Positions 17,864 to 26,019 of a stretch of DNA of 57,488 bases are shown here, one piece after another. The DNA lies in the IMG/VR virus record IMGVR_UViG_3300049170_000057, positions 1 to 57,488 of that record. One strand, 5' to 3'. How positions within the stretch are numbered: the stretch's first letter is position 1; each line of letters begins with the position of its first letter. The position numbers and the translations under genes were made by a program. Below the pieces are notes generated by a model. The model was not told the origin of the DNA. It did no database searches and was given only the letters and a program-made list of their open reading frames with translations. This DNA comes from a virus (lineage: Duplodnaviria > Caudoviricetes).

Positions 17864-18143
17864 TCTCTGTAATAAACGGTTCTTCTTTTAGTTGACCTTC
17901 GGTGTCTACATGTAGAGGCCTTTCACCTTTAGCGTATGATATATGAGCACGGATTTTTTCAGCTCGGTATTCAAAAACTATTTCATATCCGAAAAACGAG
18001 CATATCCGCTTAGCTTGTCCATGTATATCGGACTTCTTCATATCTTTCGGGAAGAAACCAACCTTTTTCAGTGTTTTGAAGTCGAAGAACTCTTCTAAGA
18101 AATTCTTTAATATCCGGTCAGATTCGGTGGTTAAGGTGGTCAT
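17844..18143 (-). CDS. Hypothetical protein
   Basis: ORF coupled within the operon. Confidence 0.65.
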   Translation of the reverse strand: MTTLTTESDRILKNFLEEFFDFKTLKKVGFFPKDMKKSDIHGQAKRICSFFGYEIVFEYRAEKIRAHISYAKGERPLHVDTEGQLKEEPFITEIGGIYE

Positions 18144-18622
18144 CTGTAGGCCTCCTGTTTCTTTTGCCAGTCAGCCCCTTCTTTGAATCCTCTCATAAAC
18201 CCAACTATGTAGTTTTCCGAGTTAAGTCCGAATCCGTCACTTGTTAGCCGTTCAATAGCCTGTTCCACTGTCTCAGGTTCTTTCTCTACGGGTTGAGGGA
18301 TAAGGCGGAATATTTGACGAGTGTCCCATTCTGAACCCTTGAATGTGTATGCGTCAATTTCACTAATATCTCTATCCTCCCATTTATCCTTCGACTTCAT
18401 GTGAACTTGCAACCCTAGCTCAACCTCATCCCTCTCATACGTTTTGCCGATTGTGCCTGATGGGAAAGGGAAGGTGTTGGATTCAGTGAAGTCTTCAAAT
18501 ATTTCCCATTGACCATTTAAATATTCAAAAGGCTTAATTCCGATATATTCAGGGTGAGGATTCACATACCTACCGTATGGCTCACCGTTATTATCGAAAC
18601 ATTGTACTTTGTGTGGTGTCAT
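18140..18622 (-). CDS. Hypothetical protein
   Basis: ORF coupled within the operon; ends GF..GADWQ, like many phage accessory proteins. Confidence 0.65.
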   Translation of the reverse strand: MTPHKVQCFDNNGEPYGRYVNPHPEYIGIKPFEYLNGQWEIFEDFTESNTFPFPSGTIGKTYERDEVELGLQVHMKSKDKWEDRDISEIDAYTFKGSEWDTRQIFRLIPQPVEKEPETVEQAIERLTSDGFGLNSENYIVGFMRGFKEGADWQKKQEAYR

Positions 18623-18744
18623 GGCCTAAATTTTAAAATTAATCCGAAGCATGGTATTGGAAAGAAATAAAGCCACTTCTTTTTCTTGTCCCAAAAGAAG
18701 CCTATCCAAAGGTCATACCATGCAAATAATAATTGAACTTTCAT
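18619..18744 (-). CDS. Unannotated 41-aa aromatic/hydrophobic peptide (MKVQLLFAWYDLWIGFFWDKKKKWLYFFPIPCFGLILKFRP)
   Basis: ATGA overlap with the next gene; fills the gap. Confidence 0.65.
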   Translation of the reverse strand: MKVQLLFAWYDLWIGFFWDKKKKWLYFFPIPCFGLILKFRP

Positions 18745-18788
18745 CTTGCTTTTACTTTGTAGCATTGTACTGGATATTCTGTCATGGC

Positions 18789-19019
18789 TTAATCGATTAA
18801 ATACTTTTTCAACACCTCAATATCATCAGGAAAGGAAGACTCCATACCTTGATCTGTGAACTTATCTTTATCTATTGTTAGTGATTTGTAAGTGTCTCCT
18901 GAAGATTCAGTATTATACAAATAGGTATGCGATAGTAGTTTTTCTATCGTTTTTCTTTTTTGCTGATTCAGTAGACTTTCAATTTGGTCTAGCGTCAGAG
19001 TTATTTTTTGTGTTTTCAT
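18789..19019 (-). CDS. Hypothetical protein
   Basis: ORF track, operon context. Confidence 0.6.
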   Translation of the reverse strand: MKTQKITLTLDQIESLLNQQKRKTIEKLLSHTYLYNTESSGDTYKSLTIDKDKFTDQGMESSFPDDIEVLKKYLID

Positions 19020-19043
19020 CTTGCTTTTACTTTGTGTGATGGG

Positions 19044-19517
19044 TTAAAACTTATGTGCTATCTTAAATCCCGCTCGAAACCTTTCCAATCTCTCGAACTC
19101 TTCAGGGTATTCTTTCTTTTGCCAGTCTTTTCTCGCTGACTCGTGGTTGCAGTATCCGTCTTCGTCAAATTTTGTGATCCGGAAGTATGGTAATATTGAT
19201 TCTGAAAACTCTCCGTCCAGAGAATAATGAGGCATATTTGGCCAGCCACCTTTTAGTAGTTTGTTTACTCCTATGCCATAATGATTAGCTAATAAGAATG
19301 AATAACCATTTTTGCTTGTCACTTTGAGGGCAGGAATGCAAGCGAAGTGTTTACCATTGGCGAATACATCCCTACCTGGCTTAAATCCACCTTCAAGCTT
19401 TTCTCTATTGTAGCACTCGAAGTTGTACCAATACATTGGCTTTTCGCTATTCTCTTCTTGTGTGACGTATCCGAATTGAACCTCAACAGGTTCACCTTGC
19501 CATTGATATGTTTTCAT
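19044..19517 (-). CDS. Hypothetical protein
   Basis: ORF track, operon context. Confidence 0.65.
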   Translation of the reverse strand: MKTYQWQGEPVEVQFGYVTQEENSEKPMYWYNFECYNREKLEGGFKPGRDVFANGKHFACIPALKVTSKNGYSFLLANHYGIGVNKLLKGGWPNMPHYSLDGEFSESILPYFRITKFDEDGYCNHESARKDWQKKEYPEEFERLERFRAGFKIAHKF

Positions 19518-19567
19518 TTCAATTTCCTTTCTCGGCAGTTATAGCCGTTTTCGTGTATAATTATTAA

Positions 19568-19843
19568 TTATCGCCTCTCTCCAATATACTTGCCCCGTTC
19601 ATCAAAGAACCCAGCATCAATCTCTTCAGGCACATGCAGGTGAATGCTGGGGAACGCAATCTTTATAGCATGACACATGCAATAGAAGTCCCGTTTCGCT
19701 GTAAGGTCTGTTCTGCCGAGTACGCCTACCTTTGAGCCGACCTGATCGCCTTTATATATTTCTTTCAATCCATACAGCAGGATGAAATTCCGCTTGGTTA
19801 AGATGAACCAGATTGCTAGTAATTTGCTTTTAAATGACTTCAT
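19568..19843 (-). CDS. Hypothetical protein
   Basis: ORF track, ATGA overlap. Confidence 0.6.
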   Translation of the reverse strand: MKSFKSKLLAIWFILTKRNFILLYGLKEIYKGDQVGSKVGVLGRTDLTAKRDFYCMCHAIKIAFPSIHLHVPEEIDAGFFDERGKYIGERR

Positions 19844-20178
19844 GATTCAATTGTTAACTCCTGTCCAGTAAGTGCGAAGTATAGGTTTTGGAGTTGGTGG
19901 ACGGCGTGGATAATGGATGCTTTAGTCCTGTATTGAAAATAAAATATCGTTTTATCATCATTATAAGTCAGGTATAAAGAGTCTAAGTGAAAGAACCCAA
20001 ATTTGCCAATCTTTAAAAACCCAAACTTCATCAGCCATTCTTCTGTGAGGGGTATGCCTTCCACCTGATTCAGCCCTAACGATATATTTTCAAGCAGAGC
20101 AAAGTCAACTGGCCAGATATCATCAGGATAGCCGTAATGTTGCACCAGATTCCCGATCCTTAATTCATTTGCTTTCAT
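19840..20178 (-). CDS. Bacteroidota phage accessory protein (ELRIGN / VHQLQNLYFALTG type)
   Basis: Recognisable N- and C-terminal motifs. Confidence 0.7.
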   Translation of the reverse strand: MKANELRIGNLVQHYGYPDDIWPVDFALLENISLGLNQVEGIPLTEEWLMKFGFLKIGKFGFFHLDSLYLTYNDDKTIFYFQYRTKASIIHAVHQLQNLYFALTGQELTIES

Positions 20179-20180
20179 AC

Positions 20181-20957
20181 CTAAAACTTACTTATCTTAT
20201 CCCTCTGCTTCTTCGCCTCAATCCTCTCCCTCCGTCTCGCCCTCTCTTGCGCTATCTCCTCCTCACTAGCATCCTGGCTCACATAGAAGTATTGGTTATC
20301 AATCCCGACAGGAAGCATGCGCATACCCTCGTAACTGACCTTTTTCACCTTGAACTTTTCCGGATTCCTGCTATTCGACTCCTTCCTAGGCTTAGCCGCC
20401 GGCATCGGCCTGTTCTTCATCACAGGAGGAGTTTTGCGAGGCTTTGGTTCCAGAGCTTTTTTCTTTCTACCATCAGATATAGACAAACCAAGCCTTCTGG
20501 ATTCTCTGCTGAATGAGGATACATGATATCCGAACTTGGCTGCTAATTCCTTTGCAGTCATGCCGGGATTGTTCCTTAAAATTTCCTCCACGCTAAATTC
20601 CTTGCCTTCCCTGATCTTCTTACGCCTTATTGGTTTCACATTGATCTTTTTAGCTACCTCCATTAGATGTTTGTAGTTAAACCCGAACTTCTCCGCTATC
20701 TGGTGAGCCGTCATCGTTTTATGATGCTTCAATAATACCTGGGAAGCGCTTAGTTTGGTCTTTACAGGTGCTTCCGGATTGCGACCCCTGTTATCTACGA
20801 TCGTTAGCCCTACACGCTTGGCAGCTTTATGGAAAGAAGATGGGTGATATCCGAACTTCTCTGACATCTGAGGGGCGGTCATGGTCTGGTGGTGATTCAG
20901 GACAATAGTGTCCAATGGGGATGGGGTGTTTAGGCGGCGGGCTGGTCTGCTATTCAT
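20181..20957 (-). CDS. Basic protein with three tandem HTH-like repeats
   Basis: MTAxxxxxKFG repeated 3 times; start taken at MNSRP. Confidence 0.6.
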   Translation of the reverse strand: MNSRPARRLNTPSPLDTIVLNHHQTMTAPQMSEKFGYHPSSFHKAAKRVGLTIVDNRGRNPEAPVKTKLSASQVLLKHHKTMTAHQIAEKFGFNYKHLMEVAKKINVKPIRRKKIREGKEFSVEEILRNNPGMTAKELAAKFGYHVSSFSRESRRLGLSISDGRKKKALEPKPRKTPPVMKNRPMPAAKPRKESNSRNPEKFKVKKVSYEGMRMLPVGIDNQYFYVSQDASEEEIAQERARRRERIEAKKQRDKISKF

Positions 20958-21255
20958 TGTCTGCCTCGCTTTCTTTGTTAAGGGCTTCAATAAGTGCATC
21001 AGCATGCATTACTGCGAACTTTGCTATGTACGACTGGTCTAGAGCCGTTACGTGCTCATTAGCGCATAACCCTTGCATAGCCATTGCAGCGAATTGTTCC
21101 CTCTTGGTCAATCCGTATATTTCATACGTGGTAGAGCCTATTTGCCTATTTACAGTCTTTTCGTTGTCCTCGCTACTGAAAGTAATAGTAGTCGGGTGTG
21201 CCGGTTCGTATCCGTTTGTCTTCATTTGTCTATTTCCTTCAACATCCTGACACAC
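20950..21255 (-). CDS. Phage accessory protein (GLTKREQFAAMAMQG motif)
   Basis: Common phage small-protein motif. Confidence 0.7.
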   Translation of the reverse strand: MCQDVEGNRQMKTNGYEPAHPTTITFSSEDNEKTVNRQIGSTTYEIYGLTKREQFAAMAMQGLCANEHVTALDQSYIAKFAVMHADALIEALNKESEADNE

Positions 21256-21491
21256 ATTGCTGCTGTCTGGATCAGTTCATCTTTAATTGCTTGTTTACTT
21301 CCACCTTCCATCTCATACTGATTAATGGCTCGGCTTACTTCGCCTTTCTCCTCATTGATGATGGAATCCATCCGGAAGAGGCAGGTCGGCCAGTTGGGGT
21401 GTTTGGATTCGGCTCTCGCTAACTCATTTTGAATTTGGATCAAGATTGTAGCGTGCTGTATGTCGGTGGTGGTTATGATAATTTCGGACAT
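21222..21491 (-). CDS. MazG-like nucleotide pyrophosphohydrolase
   Basis: EEKGEV...DELIQTAAM acidic helix motif. Confidence 0.7.
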   Translation of the reverse strand: MSEIIITTTDIQHATILIQIQNELARAESKHPNWPTCLFRMDSIINEEKGEVSRAINQYEMEGGSKQAIKDELIQTAAMCVRMLKEIDK

Positions 21492-21922
21492 GATGCCTCC
21501 CTATTAAACTCCCAGAAACTAAGAGCTCCTTTTACATTCAATATCGGCTTATCATACTTGACCGGATTGGCAAGAACCCAGTTCCAGACTGGCACCTCCA
21601 CTTCAGTTTTTACACCGTCAACTGTCTTAATCTTTGTTGCTTTATGCTCAGCCCAAATGCTTGAGTGATTCAATACACAGTCGATGATGTCAACTTCTCC
21701 GATGATGGCACCAAACGCCATAGTCCCGTCGAATGCTTGCTTCAGAACGGGCATAGCTGCTATGGTTTGCGGATCAGTCATTTGTACATCGAACTTGGTC
21801 GGTTTGCTGCAATGCACATAAATCCTCCCCCTAAAATTTGTCCTCCAAGTTCTGTTTTCAATATCCTTGATCCCTTCGACTATGAGGGATGCCCAAGGTT
21901 GTTTAATGGTTAGTGCTTTCAT
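21473..21922 (-). CDS. ASCH domain protein
   Basis: ALTIKQPWASLIVEGIKDIENRTW..FRG.IYVH. Confidence 0.92.
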   Translation of the reverse strand: MKALTIKQPWASLIVEGIKDIENRTWRTNFRGRIYVHCSKPTKFDVQMTDPQTIAAMPVLKQAFDGTMAFGAIIGEVDIIDCVLNHSSIWAEHKATKIKTVDGVKTEVEVPVWNWVLANPVKYDKPILNVKGALSFWEFNREASCPKLS

Positions 21923-22524
21923 AACCCTGCCTCCTTATATGATATGGCTAATCCAGCGGGGATGAGGCCATTCTTGTAATGCTTATTTCGAATTATATTT
22001 GATATAGTTCCTTGCGTGACTCCGAACGCCTTTGCAATGACATATTGCGAAACACCAGAGTCGTATAGAGATGCAATGATCCCGATATGAGCGTTTTCTA
22101 ACTTAGAAGCATTATTCCTTTCCCCATTTGTATTTAGTCCCCTTTTGTATATATCCCGTATATTTTGCGATCTGGTTACCCACTCTAAGTTTTCAGCTCT
22201 ATTATCGTGGCGTAATCCATTTTTATGGTTAACCTCAGTTGCTTCTTCAGGATGATTGCAAAAGCACGTAGCTACTAATCTGTGGATTTTAACAGACTTA
22301 GTTTTTACCTTGTCTTTAACCAGGCTTACATACAAATAACCTCCTCTATCACTATTAGGCTTTAGGACTTTTCCCTTCAGATTACACAATGCCCCGTTAC
22401 CATCGTTGAAAACAATCCTGTCTAAACTCCTAACCCTTCCTTCTGAACTTACTTGATATAGTCCAGTAAACTCTGGTATATCTTTCCATACTTCCAGCTT
22501 ATCCATTGTCAACCTCCTTTCCAT
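21919..22524 (-). CDS. NUMOD4-HNH homing endonuclease with C-terminal HTH
   Basis: EVWKDI...YQVSSEGRVRS; HRLVA...VNHKNG..DNRAENLEW. Confidence 0.92.
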   Translation of the reverse strand: MERRLTMDKLEVWKDIPEFTGLYQVSSEGRVRSLDRIVFNDGNGALCNLKGKVLKPNSDRGGYLYVSLVKDKVKTKSVKIHRLVATCFCNHPEEATEVNHKNGLRHDNRAENLEWVTRSQNIRDIYKRGLNTNGERNNASKLENAHIGIIASLYDSGVSQYVIAKAFGVTQGTISNIIRNKHYKNGLIPAGLAISYKEAGL

Positions 22525-23422
22525 TCAGCGACTGGTAAGCTGCATACATCTCTTCTATCTCCTTACCCTTAAGTCGGATATTATCAACATGATTTAACCC
22601 CTCACATAAAATCAGTGCACCTTCTTTATTTACGGATATCGGGTACTGCGATTCGGGAGATATTATAATTTCTTTCCGGATATTCTTTTCAGCAATCCAT
22701 GCTTCGGCGGCTTCAAGGGTGGAGAAGGCTTTCCCTCTATCCGGATAGTTTACAACAAAATGAGACGTCATCAATTGTTGATTTCCCGCGTATGTCCAGT
22801 TCCCCTGAATATCAGAAGTGGCCACATGATGATCATCCCCTTCATACAAATCCACTTCATCCTCTGACTTCATGATGAACTTAGGAACGGTTATGCTTAC
22901 TTCTGCTGCGAAGTCGGAGAAAGACAAGACGGTATATCCTAATCTTTCAGCATTCCTAGTTAGGTCTGACATTGTTTGTTGTTCATAAACAGAAAAACCA
23001 TTCGACTGATTATCGTATATCTTAATCTGAGGGTAACCTCGATCATAGATACCCCATCCTTTCTCTTTGTAGTGTTCTTTTAAGAGTTTAAATTCCCGCT
23101 CATTATTAACCTGAATGGCTACTTTCCCATCAAGGATGGAGGGTTTGGATTCAGGGAGGATTTCAGCCCATTTGTTTTGATCAAAGAGATAGAAATTGCT
23201 TTCATTGTCGAACACATCACCAGCCGGTGTTATTTCGTAAACGCCTGACAAGATCCGTTCTTTACCTTTCACCCAGTATGCCACCGTCCCCTTCGGATAA
23301 TCCCTCATTGCTTTCTCAAGCAGCTGATGTTTCTTTAACTTAGTCATTCCTCTCACCTCCCCTCTCAGGCATCTCCTGCCCGAACCTTTCCAAGTAGTCC
23401 TTGCGCTTCTTGTAAGCCACAA
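22499..23422 (-). CDS. Hypothetical protein (start likely near 23347)
   Basis: Long ORF in the operon. Confidence 0.6.
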   Translation of the reverse strand: MWLTRSARTTWKGSGRRCLRGEVRGMTKLKKHQLLEKAMRDYPKGTVAYWVKGKERILSGVYEITPAGDVFDNESNFYLFDQNKWAEILPESKPSILDGKVAIQVNNEREFKLLKEHYKEKGWGIYDRGYPQIKIYDNQSNGFSVYEQQTMSDLTRNAERLGYTVLSFSDFAAEVSITVPKFIMKSEDEVDLYEGDDHHVATSDIQGNWTYAGNQQLMTSHFVVNYPDRGKAFSTLEAAEAWIAEKNIRKEIIISPESQYPISVNKEGALILCEGLNHVDNIRLKGKEIEEMYAAYQSLNGKEVDNG

Positions 23423-23507
23423 CGAAAGGCCAGATCACGGTCTCCCATAGGATAGCCAATAACCCGAAGGTTACCATGACGGCTGTTGTTAGATTTTCTG
23501 CATTCAT
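23340..23507 (-). CDS. Small membrane protein
   Basis: Single TM helix; start taken at MNAEN. Confidence 0.5.
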   Translation of the reverse strand: MNAENLTTAVMVTFGLLAILWETVIWPFVVAYKKRKDYLERFGQEMPERGGERND

Positions 23508-23641
23508 AATTAAAAGATTGATTTGAATTGAGTGAATAGGATGATTAGTACTGTCCACAAGAAGAGTGCGGACATCCAAAGTTGGAAGCGGTAATTATCC
23601 CGCTTAGGTGGGCCGGGGTTTGGGTGGATGATCATGTCTGG

Positions 23642-23977
23642 TCAAGGGTTAAGATCAGGGAATAGGTTTTTCTTTATAGCTTTAAATTGAGCTTCAGTAA
23701 ACTCAATCAATGCTCCCTCTGGGCTTGAGAGGGTTATTCCATTATAGTCATGCTTCCCGTCGTCGATCCATGTAAACTTTGGCAATTCGATGGGTGAAGA
23801 TGCGTGACCCATCAACTCCGCAGACATATCTGCGAGTCGTTGCATCACCAGATGACCTTCTAAAACCATCCTGAAGTCTGCCACAAGCAAATCAATGTTT
23901 TGAGGTGTAACTACTTTTGCGAAGTCGTTAACCGTAACGAGTTCGTGTGTTTGATTTGTTGGGATATATTGTTTCAT
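23642..23977 (-). CDS. Hypothetical protein
   Basis: ORF track. Confidence 0.6.
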   Translation of the reverse strand: MKQYIPTNQTHELVTVNDFAKVVTPQNIDLLVADFRMVLEGHLVMQRLADMSAELMGHASSPIELPKFTWIDDGKHDYNGITLSSPEGALIEFTEAQFKAIKKNLFPDLNP

Positions 23978-23990
23978 TTCTTGTTTTTGG

Positions 23991-24167
23991 TTATGCCGCC
24001 TCTTTTAATTGCTCCTCAGTTGCCGCGCCAACCGGGAACTTAAACCCGTACTGGCTTTCGATCATCTCAAGCATCTGAGAAACGTCAGTCACTCGACCTG
24101 CCTTTTCATTATCTCTCAATGCGCCCACCATGAAGTGGAATGCTCGGAAGTAATTTTCGTATTCCAT
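23991..24167 (-). CDS. Unannotated 58-aa protein (MEYENYFRAF...KEAA)
   Basis: TAATG-coupled to the upstream gene. Confidence 0.6.
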   Translation of the reverse strand: MEYENYFRAFHFMVGALRDNEKAGRVTDVSQMLEMIESQYGFKFPVGAATEEQLKEAA

Positions 24168-24523
24168 TATGCTGCCCTCCTATGTTGAATTTTAATTGCT
24201 CGCTGTTCTGCCTCGGCGTATTTCGCCTGAGTAATCGCACATGATGCAATGAAAGTCAGCATATCGCTCATCTCCCGAGATGGTTCCCATTCTCCACCGA
24301 AAGAAGTGTCATCGTTCTCTGCTTCTAAATGAGCAAACCCGGTGGTAATAAATCCATCCGTATAGTCATGAATAAGGCAGTTAACGTCTTCTTTCTGAAT
24401 CGATACCTCAGTATTAAATGGCCTGAAGTGTAGGGTTAAAGAGTCCAGATGAAACTGAACAGCATCGACCCTCGGAGTGGTTAGCCTTGCTAAGTCCCTG
24501 ATTGCTGCTTTTGATAAATACAT
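24167..24523 (-). CDS. Hypothetical protein
   Basis: ORF track; first gene after the ncRNA region. Confidence 0.65.
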   Translation of the reverse strand: MYLSKAAIRDLARLTTPRVDAVQFHLDSLTLHFRPFNTEVSIQKEDVNCLIHDYTDGFITTGFAHLEAENDDTSFGGEWEPSREMSDMLTFIASCAITQAKYAEAEQRAIKIQHRRAA

Positions 24524-24678
24524 TGCGTTGATTGATTATGGTTGATTAATAGCCATAGACCCGGATCTCTCAAACTCTGGATCTATGGCTTAAAGAACGA
24601 GCCGTTTTGTGCATGAACCGGCTAAAGCTTGAGTAATGCCTGCGCTATGCGGATTACCCGACGGCAGGACTTGAAGTG

Positions 24679-24828
24679 CGACTAGAGAAGGGTTCGATAC
24701 CTTCATAGTGGCTTTTCATGTAACGGGTAGCAGCCTAACTGACTTCCTCCTTTCGGTTTCCCACGGGCTTAAAGCCTCACCAAGTCGTATCCACCTAATA
24801 CCATAGCGTATCCTTCCGCCATCCAGTC
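24679..24828 (-). ncRNA. tRNA-like element 1 (acceptor/D/T arms, 101-nt insert, no canonical anticodon arm)
   Basis: GACTGGA/TCTAGTC acceptor; TG-GCG-GAAGGATA-CGC D arm; GAAGG-TATCGAAC-CCTTC T arm. Confidence 0.7.
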
Positions 24829-24944
24829 GTATGATAGTCTTTCCTATCAGTCATCAGGTATCAGGTCTCCAGTTGTTCCCTCGCCTGGGAGACTCCACGG
24901 CTGCGAGGCTAGATGTTCTCTGTACTCCTGAGAGAACCCACGGG

Positions 24945-25051
24945 TGACAGGTGAAGGACTCGAACCTTCATGATGTATCTTGCCATATGAGAGGGAAAAC
25001 ATATAACCTCTTTCGCATCAGCCAAGCGTCTACCAATTCCGCCAACCTGCC
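24945..25051 (-). ncRNA. tRNA-like element 2 (Leu-type D arm, 56-nt insert)
   Basis: GGCAGGT/ACCTGTC acceptor plus A; TG-GCG-GAATTGGTAGA-CGC; GAAGG-TTCGAGT-CCTTC. Confidence 0.8.
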
Positions 25052-25163
25052 ATTTGCCCGTCTTTCCGGGCCGTCAATCAGACTTTCGTCAACACCAATT
25101 TTCCGATATGTTGACCTGAGCTTCATACACGGTTGCGCCGCTTCTGATCTCTCTCTTGGTATG

Positions 25164-25293
25164 TGAGAGGTGCTAGAGTCGAACTAGCATTACCCGCCTC
25201 TTGGTTAACTTCCCAACTGGGATGATCTCGGGTGCCTGTCAAAACGCCGTCGCGTTCACCTGCTGGCTGCGTTTACCTTTACGCCAACCTCTC
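25164..25293 (-). ncRNA. tRNA-like element 3 (80-nt insert)
   Basis: GAGAGGT/ACCTCTC acceptor plus A; TG-GCG-TAAAGGTAAA-CGC; GCTAG-TTCGACT-CTAGC. Confidence 0.8.
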
Positions 25294-25466
25294 CTTTTGA
25301 TCGTCTTCCCGACCTGCCAGTCTTTGTCCTGAATTCCGTCATATGCTAGCCTACCGGTTTGTGCATCGATAGAGACCAAAAAACACGTTGCTAACAGTTT
25401 CCTCTATCGTAGCATTCAGGACCTTCTATCCCCAAGACATCGGAGATGTGGTTCGCTAGGCTCCCG

Positions 25467-25619
25467 TTAGCGTGTAATATCGTTGATGGGCACAGGCCCC
25501 TTATCTACTTCGGTCCCGCCTGATCCAGACGTAAGGCATATCTTATTTGCGATCAGCAGTTCAAAAAGTCTGCATTCAAATTCCAGTTCTTCAATGTGTT
25601 TGTCGATTGCTTCCTGCAT
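25467..25619 (-). CDS. Unannotated 50-aa protein (MQEAIDKHIEELEF...)
   Basis: ATG..TAA frame after the 25641-26018 gene. Confidence 0.45.
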   Translation of the reverse strand: MQEAIDKHIEELEFECRLFELLIANKICLTSGSGGTEVDKGPVPINDITR

Positions 25620-25640
25620 GGTTGAGTTAGATTATATTGT

Positions 25641-26018
25641 TTATATATTATTGTCTTTGAAGTCAACAGGGTTATCGAGCTGGTATAAATATTCCTCCCA
25701 TATATCATTCGGGGATTTTGGTGTATTTTTGTCTTGATTGACAATGTTCAATGCTAGGTATCCATTCGGATCAACCTGCTCAATCAAGTGGTTAAACGGC
25801 ATCGGATTGATAAGCGTAAGGCTCATATTCTGCTCGTGCGGCTGAGGAACAAAATGAAAGTCATTCATGATCGGTACGAAGTTTAACTCATACCATACTC
25901 CACCCTTCCAGCATGAATATGTCACCACTCCATCGCAGATACACCCGAAGTCAAATCTTGACCGTTCGTCGAACATCCCTTTGATTTCATCCAAAGTCTT
26001 TACCAATCTCATACTCAT
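25641..26018 (-). CDS. Hypothetical protein
   Basis: ORF track, operon context. Confidence 0.6.
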   Translation of the reverse strand: MSMRLVKTLDEIKGMFDERSRFDFGCICDGVVTYSCWKGGVWYELNFVPIMNDFHFVPQPHEQNMSLTLINPMPFNHLIEQVDPNGYLALNIVNQDKNTPKSPNDIWEEYLYQLDNPVDFKDNNI

Positions 26019-26019
26019 A

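Noticed and set aside
24945-25051. Calling element 2 an ordinary tRNA-Leu
   Set aside because: The D and T arms are Leu-like, but the 56-nt central part gives no 5-bp stem with a 7-nt anticodon loop, so no anticodon can be assigned
25076-25160. Hammerhead-like segment (stem-GAAA-stem) 3' of element 3
   Set aside because: It lacks the CUGANGA core and a correctly placed UH cleavage site
24951-25166. 71-aa + strand ORF from the track
   Set aside because: It is antisense to the tRNA-like elements and probably spurious
24679-25293. tmRNA or group I intron-containing tRNA
   Set aside because: The inserts are too short, and I saw no tmRNA-type alanine acceptor end, tag ORF or intron core
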